64,000 nucleotides of DNA from Callorhinchus milii (lineage: Eukaryota), in contig NW_024704743.1 in the NCBI RefSeq assembly GCF_018977255.1, forward strand, positions 92,134,001 to 92,198,000, read 5' to 3'. Below, piece by piece: positions 54,401 through 62,430 of this stretch (its first letter is position 1; every line of letters starts with the position of its first letter). Under the pieces are notes generated by a model that ran no database searches, was not told the origin of the DNA, and saw nothing but the letters and a program-made list of their open reading frames with translations. The position numbers and the translations under genes were made by a program.

Positions 54401-57400
54401 GCGAGGGAAGAAGCGAGGCGAAGGGTCCATGGGACGGAGCTCCAGAGTGCGGGGGCAAAGAGGCTGAAAGTCCGGCCACCGATGGTAGGGCGGGTCGGGC
54501 GGGAAACGTGGAGCAGGCCGGAGCACGCTGAATGGAGGGAGCGGGCAGGTTGGTAGGGAGTCAGCAGGTCAGAGAGGTAGGAGGGGGCAAGGCCATGGAT
54601 GGCCTTGAAAGTGAGGACAAGGATCTTGAATTCGATCCTCTGAGGGATGGGCAGCCAGGGGAATCAGGCGAGGTGGGAGTGATGGGGTCACGGAGCCTGG
54701 TGCACGAGAGTTCACAAGCTGCAGAGTTTTGGATGATCTGCAGCTTGTGAAGGCCGATGAGGAGGGAATTTCCGTATTCGAGCCTTGATGTGACGAATGC
54801 ATAACAAGGGTTTCGGCAGCGTGAGGGGTGAGGCAGTGGCAGAGTCTGGCAATGTTAATAATAATAATAGCATTTGATATAGCGCTTTTCACGTCGGGAG
54901 GACGTCCCAAAGCGCTTCCCAGAACACACTGTAAAGTGAATTGACTGTATATTTGTGGGCGAACGCGGCAGCCAATTGCGCACAGCAATGTCCCACAAAC
55001 AGTCGTAGATTGAAAATGACCAATTTATTATTGTTTTTGGTTTTGGAGGGATTATTATTAGGTGTGTGTTGTAAGGAAACTTGCCCAAGGTTTCGCCCTG
55101 CCTGGAATTGAACTCAGGTCTCTCACTTGCAAAGCGAGTGCTCTAACCACTGAGCTGTAGGACTCCACATGTTGCGAAGTTGGTGGTAGGCAGTGCTGGT
55201 TATGGGTCGGATATGATGGAGAAAGGACAGTTCAGGGTCAAACAAGTCACCCAGGTTCCTGACTGGCTTAGTGAGGTTGAGTGTGCAGCCGTGGAGGCTG
55301 ATGCTGCCAGTGCCCGAAGTACGGAGGCGCTAGCGCGAGCCAATCAGGAGGGCCTCGGTCTTGCTGATGTTGAGTTGGAGAAAGTTGTCCCTCGTCCAGG
55401 ATTTGATGTTGGACAGGCAGTTGGTCAGGACGCCAGTAATCCTGGAGTTGAGGGTGGAGGCTGAGAGATAGAGTTGGGTGTCATCCGCATACATGCGGAA
55501 ATTTACCCCATATCTGTAGATGATGTCACCAAGGGGGAGCATGTAGAGGGTGAAGAGGAGGGGACCGAGGACAAAGCCCTGAGGAACAAGACGGTGCAGG
55601 GGCTGGAGGAGAAGCCGTTTGCTGAGACAAAATGGAGGCGGTGTAAAAGGTAGGACCTGAACCAGTCAAGGATAGAACCTTGAAGGTTGAGGTGGGAGGA
55701 GAGGCGGTGGAAGAGATGGTGGGCTTCATGGAAAATATGGTGGTGAAGGCAAAGGACGGGGTGACAGGTTCAAAGGTGTGAAAGGAGGGATGGGTAATTG
55801 TGGTAAGTGTGGGGTGGGGATAGGGAAGGGGTGGAAGTTGGGAGGGCAGTGGCAGCCTAGTGGATACCCTTGATTTTCTCGTCAGAGTCAGAGGAAAGAA
55901 TCTGCGAGGCAAGGTAGGGAGGGGAAAGCGAAGGAGCCATTGGTGGTGAAGAACAGGACCCTGAGGTTGCCCTTCGCCTCCAGGATTAACCTGGAATAGA
56001 AAGACGATTTGGCCAAGGCAAGAGCAGAGCGGTAGGTTTTGATGAGGTCCAGCCAGATGTGGCGGTGGACCGTTAGGTCGGATTTGAACCAGGTGCGTTT
56101 GGCAGCCCGCACCTGACCCTTAAGCGAGCCAAGGTGGCTGAAGAACCAGAGTGAGGATTGGGAATAGTAGGCAGTTCGGGAGGTGAGGGCGTCTAGTGTG
56201 GTGGAGAGGGTACTGTGGAGAAGAGTAAGCGCAATGAGTGGGTTGGTGCAAGAGGTGGGCTAAAGGGGAAGGAGTTCAAAGGACTCCAGGGCAACGTAGA
56301 GGGTTTGCGGGGAGATCTTCTTTCACAAGGGTAGAAGATGGTGGTAGGTTCGGAGGCAGTGGGGAGAGGGATATGGGAGTTGAGGGAGATGAAATGGTGG
56401 TCAGAGATGACCTTGTCAGTGATGGTGACATCCGAGACGCTGAGGGTGATCAGCAGGTCGAGTGGGTGGCCATGGGTGTGGGTAGCAGAATGGATGTGAA
56501 GGGAGAGGTTGAGAGAGAAGTCTGAGGAGGTATAGCAGGAGGGGGTGATGTGGAGGTTGAAGTTGCCTAGGATGATGAGGCGGTTGGAGCAGAGTCAGAG
56601 AGAAGCTAGGAGGGAGGAGATGTCAGAGATGAAGGTGGGGGAGGATTTTGGGAGGGGGTGATAAATTAGTATGTACATTAACCTCTACTAAAATTATATA
56701 TTGAGATAATATCCTCCTCTTCCTTTCTAATTTCTCTCCTTCCCAAATATCCTGCTATAACGCACACTTAGCTACAAATCTTGCTCAGTTCATTGTCACG
56801 TCTCTATAATGACTATCACTTCATACCCTTTCAAGTGAATTTGCACTTCTAGGTCACGGTTCCTTTGTCTCAGGTTTTATGTACTATACTTGTATTGATT
56901 TCAATACATAATCCTGAAACATCTGTTGAAAATTATATTTTTAAAGTTAGTGTGCAAAATAAACTTTAAGATTCTAAAGGGGCAAGACAATACAGATCAT
57001 GACAAGCTGTTTCAACTTGTCCAAAAGAGTAGAACCAGAGGACATAGCCTGCGATTGAAGGGGGTTAAATTCAGAATGAATCTACGCAAACACTATTTCA
57101 TTGAGCGAATAGTGAACCTGTGGAACAGGCTCCCTAGGGAGACGGTTGAAGCAGGAAGTGTTAATTCTTTCAAACATAGATTAAATAGTTTGGGAAATAA
57201 CATTATGGGATGTAGTGCATAGGTAGTTTGGGACATATGTGCATGCAACCGCCAGGAAGGTGAACTTGATGGACTTTGGTCTTTTTTCGTCTAGCATTTC
57301 TTATGTTATCATCAACTACCAAAAAGTAGAAGTACAGGACAACATAATCATTGTTTTACAACAAACTATAGGAATTTCACCTTACAAGTGAAAACATATT

Positions 57401-60400
57401 TAAACTTAAAGCACAAGAGATTCTAATAACTTACCATTCATTCTCAGCAGTGGAAATTCATTTAATTTTGCTCTGTTATTGTTTTGTTGAAAATAACCAG
57501 CCACTTTATCTTCCACGTCACAAGCAACAGCAGGGAGAGCTATACAAAAACAAATTTTACAATGATAACACTAGCTACTTGTTATCTTTTTAAACATCTC
57601 TTTATATTAAGATACATAGGAACAGAGGTCATCAAACCTGTTATGGAAACATAACTCAATCCTTTTCATATTTGTGATTGAAGTTCCACCTTTTCCAGTT
57701 AAATAAACTCTTTTCCAAGTGATTGTGGGTGCATGATACCAAGTGCACCCCGAGGTCTGACTAACAAAATCAAATTGGAAATGAAATAAATGCTCAACTG
57801 GACTGCCCGTGTCCACTACTCAGCACTTATGATTTGATGAGTCAGGAAATGGTAGAAAATAGAGTTCAGCCCCACTATTCCTATCAAGCAGAGACTCTGA
57901 GGATAGATGCATCTGAATGTACAAAGGACAAAATCAGATACATCCACAGTGGAAGAGATCTACCTCCATATTGATTTATGGAGGTTGTGAGAGGACAAGG
58001 GACAAGCATCCCAGTGACTTGCCTCTCTTCTCTTCAACTGTGCCTTCACCTCCCCTCTCGACTCTCTACCCCCTCCTCGCTCCCTTCCCTGACCATTTCC
58101 CCCCTGCTTGGGTCCCGACCCAACTGTCCAGTGCCTTGGGACATCCTCCCGACGTGAAAGGCGCTCTATAAATGCAACCTTGTTGTTGTTGTTCCTGGGT
58201 TAGCCTCATGCTGGATTACAGTTACAGTTACTGATGGCCCTTCTGTATCAAGTGGCCATTGTTCATGCACGAGCCTTGGCAGTGAGCATTGGCAGTCTGG
58301 ACAAGGAGGGGCAGGCGAGCTTGACCTCTCTCCATCCTGTCTCCACAAACAGCGTACGGTGCTGAAAAGTGTCTAGGAGCAAGAACCTGCTGATTTTCCC
58401 TTCCCTAACCCTGGGAAGGCTGGGCCAATTTAGCCTACTCATGCAACTCCAGCTCAGTTGAGCAAACTCAGCATGGACCCAGCACCTTGAGACATTCTCC
58501 TGACGTGAAAGGCACCATACAAATGCAATTTTGTATTGTATGTATTCAAACCAGCAAACTCCAGTCCATAAGCTACAGCTCTATCCACTGCACCATTGGG
58601 GCTGCTTGGTTACATTTTTATTGCTCAACTCGGATTACCTTGCTGCTCCATGGTCATCTGAGGATGTAACTGATAGGCAATTGCTTGTGTATCAACAGGA
58701 GTATCAGGGAGTTTGAACAGATTATCCACAATCTCATCAATACAAACTTGTATTTTTGGTTCCACATTGGGACGTAACTGAGATAAAAATTCCAAGGCTC
58801 CAATTTCTCTGAAATGTTGGCCCCCAGAGGAATGCTATAAGTGAAGACATGGAAGTCATTCAGATTGTACATCATAGTTATGTTCTCATTCTGTGAGCAA
58901 CTCAACATAAAAATAAGAAATTGCCATTCTATAAATCAAAGTCACGAGAAATTTGGTCTACATATAATTGATCTAATAATGAAACCAGGTACTTCTCTCT
59001 AACTTTGTTTTTGAAAGAATTACAAGCTTAATGTTCACTTCGACTCATGGAGGGCAGGAAACACCAAACATTAAATAAGGGGATGAACATGTCAAACAAT
59101 TCCAAAATTATATATGGTGGAACTGTGAAAGTCCAACTCTGAACTACATTTACAGAATGAGGAAGATAATTTGTTTATTCAACTTCAGGCACAAATAGCA
59201 GTATGCTTCAGGATGGCCGTTATAAAACTTCTAACTGTCATGCAAGTTTGGTTATAATTTAGTCCCCCATTCCTATAGCCTATTTCACTCGTCTATAAAA
59301 TGGTAAATCGTTCTAAAGAATGTTGTCCAAATTACTCACCTTTGCAAGCTGATTACACAGATTAAGTACATCTCCCTGCAGTGGAACATTTGGAAAGTTG
59401 AACCACTCAAGTAGCAGAACAAAAAGCCTCTTTTCTTGAGCTAGATCAACCAGAGTAATTAATCCATGATCAATTTTGCACAATATATTCTTTAATGCTC
59501 GAACTCGAATTTCAACCAGCTGATGACCTACAGAGAAAGGATGAAGTTCTCTTAATTACTTCAAGGAAATAAGGAAATCACAGCATCAAGCCAGGGAATA
59601 CTGAAAGGGTGGCAGAAGTGGATTTAACAAATTGGAATATATCAAAATTGAAATAGAAATCATTAAGGCCATATGTGGTTGATATAAATATATGGTCCCA
59701 TCAATGATGAGCTGATTTCTCACTCACACTATTTAGTTTCAATCTCTCTCATACACACTCGGTACAATAACAACAAATTGCTTTTATATAGCACCTTTCA
59801 TGTCAGAAGGACGTTCCAAATCATTGGACAGTTAAGAGTTTCCACTTGAGTTGGGGGTTGAATTCAGGAAGCGTGGGGATCAAAGGGGTGGGAAAGATGA
59901 CTGAAGGTGCTGTCAAAGAGGAAGGCTTTGAAGGAGGCAAAGGAAGGAGCGAGGCTAAGTGACTCCAGGATGGAATTCCAGAGAGGGGGGTAGAAAGGCT
60001 GAAAGTCCGACCCCAATGGTAGGGTAAGTGAAACCGGCCAGTATAGTGCAGGGAGCGGGGGGCTGTAGGGTAGAAGATTGCAAAGGTAAGCTGGGGCAAG
60101 ACACAAGCTCTTACCCTGGGTGTCTCTCTCACACACACAAGATCTGTAACCAGTGTGCCTCTCGCACACACACAAGCTCTGTACCCTGGGTGTCTCTCTC
60201 ACACACACAAGATCTGTAACCAGTGTGCCTCTCGCACACATGCTCTGTACTCAGTGTCCTTCACATACGCCCTCTGCACCCAATGCGCCTCACACACGCC
60301 CTCTGCACCCAGTGTCCCTCACACACACAGCACCCAGTGTCTCTCACACAGATACATACACTCTGCACCCAGTATCTTTCAGTGTCTTCCTCATTCCCTT

Positions 60401-61725
60401 CGTCTCACTCCCTCCCTTCCTATTTTCAGGTCTCTGCTGACGACCTTTCTTTTCGACCGTGTCTTTGGTCACATTACTCCCCCTCCCCCTGGCTCAGCCC
60501 CGGGATCCGTTACTGTGAAGCGCTCTGAGATGCCGTCCGGCGTGGAGGGTGCTACGTAAATCCAAGTTGTTGTTGATCACACATCCAGCAGCCAGTTTCT
60601 CTCATACACACACTCTACACCCAGTGTCTCTCTCACACCCACACTGCACCCAGTGTGTCTCTCACACCCACACTGCACCCAGTGTGTCTCTCACACCCAC
60701 ACTGCACCCAGTGTGTCTCTCACACCCACACTGCACCCAGTGTGTCTCTCACACCCACACTGCACCCAGTGTGTCTCTCTCACACCCACACTGCACCCAG
60801 TGTGTCTCTCACACACCCACACTGCACCCAGTGTGTCTCACACACCCACACTGCACCCAGTGTGTCTCTCACACACCCACACTGCACCCAGTGTGTCTCT
60901 CACACACTCACACTGCACCCAGTGTGTCTCTCTCACACTCACACTGCACCCAGTGTGTCTCTCTCACACCCACACTGCACCCAGTGTGTCTCTCTCACAC
61001 TCACACTGCACCCAGTGTGTCTCTCACACACCCACACTGCACCCAGTGTGTCTCTCACACACTCACACTGCACCCAGTGTGTCTCTCTCACACTCACACT
61101 GCACCCAGTGTGTCTCTCTCACACCCACACTGCACCCAGTGTGTCTCTCTCACACCCACACTGCACCCAGTGTGTCTCTCTCACACCCACACTGCACCCA
61201 GTGTGTCTCTCTCACACCCACACTGCACCCAGTGTGTCTCTCTCACACCCACACTGCACCCAGTGTGTCTCTCACACACTCACACTGCACCCAGTGTGTC
61301 TCTCACACACCCACACTGCACCCAGTGTGTCTCTCTCACACCCACACTGCACCCAGTGTGTCTCTCTCACACCCACACTGCACCCAGTGTGTCTCTCTCA
61401 CACCCACACTGTACAGTGTCTCTCTCACACCCACACTGCACCCAGTGTGTCTCTCTCACACCCACACTGCACCCAGTGTGTCTCTCTCACACCCACACTG
61501 CACCCAGTGTGTCTCTCTCACACCCACACTGTACAGTGTCTCTCTCACACTCACACTGCACGCAGTGTGTCTCTCTCACACCCACACTGTACAGTGTCTC
61601 TCTCACACACACTCTGCACCCAGTGTGTCTCTCTCACACACACTGTACAGTGTCTCTCTCACATTGAATGCAGTGTCTCACGCTCTCTCTGTACCTAGTT
61701 TCTCTATCATTCCTCTTATTTCCAT
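6365..61725 (-). CDS. RTTN: Rotatin (centriole/basal-body protein), complete 49-coding-exon gene span, ~2248 aa
   Basis: Spliced translation gives rotatin motifs in order ([99 protein letters not shown]). Splice phases are consistent throughout except exon 41/42. Confidence 0.97.
6495..6800 (+). mobile_element. tRNA-derived SINE (short subtype)
   Basis: Pol III A/B boxes, TGC anticodon-like loop, L2-like tail. Confidence 0.92.
7425..7690 (-). mobile_element. tRNA-derived SINE, 5'-truncated
   Basis: Reverse complement of the 6495/29465 element body and tail. Confidence 0.9.
7940..8009 (-). CDS. RTTN: RTTN exon 48
   Basis: [23 protein letters not shown]; 70 nt. Confidence 0.94.
9065..9168 (-). 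CDS. RTTN: RTTN exon 47
   Basis: [34 protein letters not shown]; 104 nt. Confidence 0.95.
9210..9482 (+). mobile_element. SINE (long subtype), head missing
   Basis: Body and tail match the 2358 copy. Confidence 0.85.
9862..10129 (-). CDS. RTTN: RTTN exon 46
   Basis: SNFLQNFL...[20 protein letters not shown]...[16 protein letters not shown]; 268 nt. Confidence 0.96.
10320..10680 (-). mobile_element. CR1-clade RT fragment plus 3' end
   Basis: [16 protein letters not shown] and decayed [13 protein letters not shown] motif. Confidence 0.8.
11255..12012 (+). mobile_element. L2-clade LINE 3' fragment
   Basis: Frameshifted RT C-terminal motifs ([48 protein letters not shown]) and (TTG)n tail. 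Confidence 0.93.
12330..12532 (-). CDS. RTTN: RTTN exon 45
   Basis: CNFLCWGG...[22 protein letters not shown]; 203 nt. Confidence 0.95.
12708..12840 (-). mobile_element. SINE 3' fragment
   Basis: aataatccttgcatttgatatagc... tail and part of the body. Confidence 0.8.
13285..14508 (+). mobile_element. L2-clade LINE fragment with RT domain
   Basis: [41 protein letters not shown] motifs; (TTG)n tail. Confidence 0.95.
14585..14711 (-). CDS. RTTN: RTTN exon 44
   Basis: [25 protein letters not shown]...[11 protein letters not shown]; 127 nt. Confidence 0.95.
14827..14904 (-). CDS. RTTN: RTTN exon 43
   Basis: [26 protein letters not shown]; 78 nt. Confidence 0.95.
15933..16030 (-). CDS. RTTN: RTTN exon 42
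   Basis: [32 protein letters not shown]; 98 nt, phase-1 start. Confidence 0.94.
16555..16659 (-). CDS. RTTN: RTTN exon 41 (1 nt short of the phase exon 42 needs)
   Basis: [33 protein letters not shown]; 105 nt as written. Confidence 0.9.
17060..17225 (-). pseudogene. Decayed partial copy of RTTN exon 42 3' half and downstream intron
   Basis: Matches ~15800-15990 (atttgtcaatttgaagtcagat...ccacttt...gtctcaga). Confidence 0.82.
17591..17799 (-). CDS. RTTN: RTTN exon 40
   Basis: TISVCIQLS...[18 protein letters not shown]...EILLQ; 209 nt. Confidence 0.94.
18048..18185 (-). CDS. RTTN: RTTN exon 39
   Basis: [26 protein letters not shown]...QWAALI; 138 nt. Confidence 0.93.
19633..19786 (-). CDS. 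RTTN: RTTN exon 38
   Basis: [19 protein letters not shown]...[12 protein letters not shown]...; 154 nt. Confidence 0.92.
20283..20373 (-). CDS. RTTN: RTTN exon 37
   Basis: [30 protein letters not shown]; 91 nt. Confidence 0.9.
21421..21720 (+). mobile_element. tRNA-derived SINE
   Basis: Full head-body-tail structure; inserted into an L2 fragment (21075-21840). Confidence 0.88.
22414..22609 (-). CDS. RTTN: RTTN exon 36
   Basis: KSDTDT...[20 protein letters not shown]...; 196 nt. Confidence 0.93.
23740..23857 (-). CDS. RTTN: RTTN exon 35
   Basis: [13 protein letters not shown]...[10 protein letters not shown]; 118 nt, phases fit the neighbouring exons. Confidence 0.85.
24080..24162 (-). CDS. 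RTTN: RTTN exon 34
   Basis: [27 protein letters not shown]; 83 nt. Confidence 0.9.
25323..25515 (-). CDS. RTTN: RTTN exon 33
   Basis: [31 protein letters not shown]...; 193 nt. Confidence 0.95.
26141..26215 (-). CDS. RTTN: RTTN exon 32
   Basis: [25 protein letters not shown]; 75 nt. Confidence 0.93.
26689..26847 (-). CDS. RTTN: RTTN exon 31
   Basis: [13 protein letters not shown]...[28 protein letters not shown]; 159 nt. Confidence 0.96.
27513..28292 (-). mobile_element. L2-clade LINE fragment
   Basis: [36 protein letters not shown]. Confidence 0.93.
28367..28477 (-). CDS. RTTN: RTTN exon 30
   Basis: TWVSLWSL...[15 protein letters not shown]; 111 nt. Confidence 0.96.
29465..29785 (+). 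mobile_element. tRNA-derived SINE, near-intact copy
   Basis: GTGGAGTCCTGTAGCTCAGTGG head, (ATT)n tail; nearly identical to the 6495 and 54857 copies. Confidence 0.94.
30199..30327 (-). CDS. RTTN: RTTN exon 29
   Basis: [43 protein letters not shown]; 129 nt. Confidence 0.96.
30661..30815 (+). mobile_element. SINE with internal deletion
   Basis: Head joined directly to the tail region. Confidence 0.8.
31129..31348 (-). CDS. RTTN: RTTN exon 28
   Basis: KCLLLAGPF...[18 protein letters not shown]...KYLTGLLE; 220 nt. Confidence 0.96.
31543..31697 (-). CDS. RTTN: RTTN exon 27
   Basis: [14 protein letters not shown]...RQKLRKEL...SVTD; 155 nt. Confidence 0.93.
31820..32082 (-). mobile_element. SINE (long subtype), head missing
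   Basis: Reverse complement of the 2358-type body and tail. Confidence 0.87.
32215..32670 (+). mobile_element. L2 3' fragment
   Basis: ctccactggctc...ctctggaactccatccca...(ttg)n tail. Confidence 0.82.
32852..32996 (-). CDS. RTTN: RTTN exon 26
   Basis: [15 protein letters not shown]...LLELLLRQ; 145 nt. Confidence 0.95.
34332..34571 (-). CDS. RTTN: RTTN exon 25
   Basis: FVEKLKLSP...ASGLQDCL...YLLNDKL...LEWHTALG; 240 nt. Confidence 0.95.
34939..35025 (-). pseudogene. Decayed partial copy of RTTN exon 23 and its acceptor region
   Basis: Matches 36123-36208; acceptor AG is lost. Confidence 0.88.
35670..35864 (-). CDS. RTTN: RTTN exon 24
   Basis: [16 protein letters not shown]...[16 protein letters not shown]...; 195 nt. 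Confidence 0.93.
36087..36155 (-). CDS. RTTN: RTTN exon 23
   Basis: [22 protein letters not shown]; 69 nt. Confidence 0.9.
36979..37075 (-). CDS. RTTN: RTTN exon 22
   Basis: [31 protein letters not shown]; 97 nt. Confidence 0.92.
37707..37824 (-). CDS. RTTN: RTTN exon 21
   Basis: [39 protein letters not shown]; 118 nt. Confidence 0.93.
38207..38295 (-). CDS. RTTN: RTTN exon 20
   Basis: [29 protein letters not shown]; 89 nt. Confidence 0.92.
38959..39058 (-). CDS. RTTN: RTTN exon 19 (GC donor)
   Basis: [33 protein letters not shown]; 100 nt; donor AG|gcaagt. Confidence 0.92.
40819..40990 (-). CDS. RTTN: RTTN exon 18
   Basis: [24 protein letters not shown]...LFK; 172 nt. Confidence 0.93.
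41376..41515 (-). CDS. RTTN: RTTN exon 17
   Basis: [18 protein letters not shown]...[14 protein letters not shown]; 140 nt. Confidence 0.93.
42604..42720 (-). CDS. RTTN: RTTN exon 16
   Basis: [39 protein letters not shown]; 117 nt. Confidence 0.95.
43090..43370 (-). mobile_element. SINE (long subtype) inside an L2 fragment (~42855-43700)
   Basis: Degenerate head at 43370 and body; L2 3' tail at 42855-43075. Confidence 0.8.
43774..43899 (-). CDS. RTTN: RTTN exon 15
   Basis: [11 protein letters not shown]...[16 protein letters not shown]; 126 nt. Confidence 0.94.
44118..44244 (-). CDS. RTTN: RTTN exon 14
   Basis: [27 protein letters not shown]...; 127 nt. Confidence 0.96.
44769..44881 (-). 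CDS. RTTN: RTTN exon 13
   Basis: [28 protein letters not shown]...; 113 nt. Confidence 0.94.
46200..46412 (-). CDS. RTTN: RTTN exon 12
   Basis: ANEVLPES...[15 protein letters not shown]...EIEDK; 213 nt. Confidence 0.94.
47430..47600 (-). CDS. RTTN: RTTN exon 11
   Basis: [18 protein letters not shown]...[12 protein letters not shown]...PVEK; 171 nt. Confidence 0.94.
48624..48739 (-). CDS. RTTN: RTTN exon 10
   Basis: [15 protein letters not shown]...[13 protein letters not shown]; 116 nt. Confidence 0.92.
49286..49473 (-). CDS. RTTN: RTTN exon 9
   Basis: GSSSQG...[13 protein letters not shown]...MLRT; 188 nt. Confidence 0.95.
49975..50333 (-). mobile_element. tRNA-derived SINE (long subtype), full length
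   Basis: A/B boxes, body and tail on the - strand. Confidence 0.92.
51153..51360 (+). mobile_element. SINE 3' half
   Basis: Body plus (ATT)n tail. Confidence 0.88.
51423..51588 (-). CDS. RTTN: RTTN exon 8
   Basis: LVSQNSS...[26 protein letters not shown]; 166 nt. Confidence 0.95.
51770..51920 (-). CDS. RTTN: RTTN exon 7
   Basis: [11 protein letters not shown]...[16 protein letters not shown]; 151 nt. Confidence 0.95.
52623..52737 (-). CDS. RTTN: RTTN exon 6
   Basis: [38 protein letters not shown]; 115 nt. Confidence 0.96.
53535..53625 (-). CDS. RTTN: RTTN exon 5
   Basis: [29 protein letters not shown]; 91 nt. Confidence 0.95.
54220..56660 (-). mobile_element. Long decayed L2-clade LINE (endonuclease-region to RT and 3' tail), interrupted by a SINE
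   Basis: [13 protein letters not shown] APE motif near 56550, MYADDTQLY at ~55490, 3' tail at 54220-54280. Confidence 0.92.
54857..55168 (-). mobile_element. tRNA-derived SINE nested in an L2, with ATGTT target-site duplication
   Basis: Full element flanked by atgtt at 54852-54856 and 55169-55173. Confidence 0.93.
56960..57310 (+). mobile_element. CR1-clade LINE 3' end
   Basis: FKILKG...[11 protein letters not shown]...[17 protein letters not shown]...SFKHRL. Confidence 0.9.
57435..57539 (-). CDS. RTTN: RTTN exon 4
   Basis: ...[10 protein letters not shown]...; 105 nt, phase 1-1, G|gtaagt donor. Confidence 0.85.
58020..58192 (+). mobile_element. Short L2 3' end, same subfamily as 63610-63783
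   Basis: cccctctcgactctctacccc...gacgtgaaaggcgct..(ttg)n. Confidence 0.82.
58639..58834 (-). CDS. RTTN: RTTN exon 3
   Basis: [26 protein letters not shown]...; 196 nt. Confidence 0.92.
59340..59527 (-). CDS. RTTN: RTTN exon 2
   Basis: [22 protein letters not shown]...[11 protein letters not shown]...LAK; AG/GT boundaries, 188 nt. Confidence 0.95.
59765..60100 (-). mobile_element. L2 3' fragment
   Basis: [19 protein letters not shown] remnants and tail. Confidence 0.8.
60101..60240. repeat. ~69-bp direct tandem duplication, related to the neighbouring minisatellite
   Basis: cacaagctc..taccctgggtgtctctctcacacacacaagatctgtaaccagtgtgcctctcgcacaca occurs twice. Confidence 0.9.
60590..61665. 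repeat. ~27-31 bp minisatellite (CTCACACCCACACTGCACCCAGTGTGTCT), ~35 copies, in RTTN intron 1
   Basis: Visible tandem array; produces the long repetitive ORFs in all three + frames. Confidence 0.97.
61695..61725 (-). CDS. RTTN: RTTN coding exon 1 ([11 protein letters not shown])
   Basis: accATGG Kozak context, 31 nt, donor G|gtacag; resembles human MVLAGLIRKLG. Confidence 0.9.
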
Positions 61726-61869
61726 GGTCTCGGGTGTAAATCGCGCGCTCACATTCCGAGACGTTCTCCTTTGGTATAAACGATCCGAAAGTAATAATGT
61801 AACGTATATCTTAATACACTCAGCACCAGAGAATGCCCGTGTGGGTCAGCATCAGTCTCCTGGCCGGAG

Positions 61870-62430
61870 TGTGGGGGGGCTGTGAGGCCGTGGGGCCGGG
61901 GGGGGGCTGTGAGGCCGGGGGGGGCTGTGGGGCCGGGGGGGGCTGTGGGGCCCAGGGGGGGGCTGTGAGGCCGGGGGGGCTGTTGGGGGAGGGCTGTGTG
62001 GGGTCGGGGGGGCTGTGGGGGGAGGGCTGTGTGGGGTCGGGCTGTGGGGGGGCTGTGAGGCCGGGGGGGGGGGCTGTGGGGGGGCTGTGGGGCCGGGGGG
62101 GGCTGTGGGGTCGGGGGGGGCTGTTGGGGGAGGGCTGTGTGGGGTCGGGGGGGCTGTGGGGGGGCTGTGAGGCCGGGGGGGGGCTGTGGGGTCGGGGGGG
62201 GGCTGTGGGGTCGGGGGGGCTGTGGGGCCGGGGGGCGCTGTTGGGGGAGGGCTGTGTGGGGTCGGGGGGGCTGTTGGGGGAGGGCTGTGTGGGGTCGGGG
62301 GGGGCTGTTGGGGGAGGGCTGTGTGGGGTCGGGCTGTGGGGGGCTGTGGGGTCGGGGGGGGCTGTGGGGGGAGGGCTGTGTGGGGTCGGGCTGTGGGGGG
62401 CTGTGGGGTCGGGGGGGGCTGTGGGGCTGT
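61870..62430 (+). repeat. G-rich degenerate tandem repeat (GGGGGGGCTGTGGGGTC-like units)
   Basis: Dense runs of 4-11 G separated by CTGT/TC/CC spacers. Confidence 0.95.

Noticed and set aside
60590..61665. RAG recombination signal resemblance (CAC...GTG motifs)
   Set aside because: Units read CACACTG/CAGTGTG rather than CACAGTG, with no nonamer at 12/23 spacing and no V/J segments.
60549..61885. Long + strand ORFs (347-410 aa, His/Cys/Thr-rich)
   Set aside because: Open in all three frames because the minisatellite unit lacks stop codons; antisense to RTTN intron 1.
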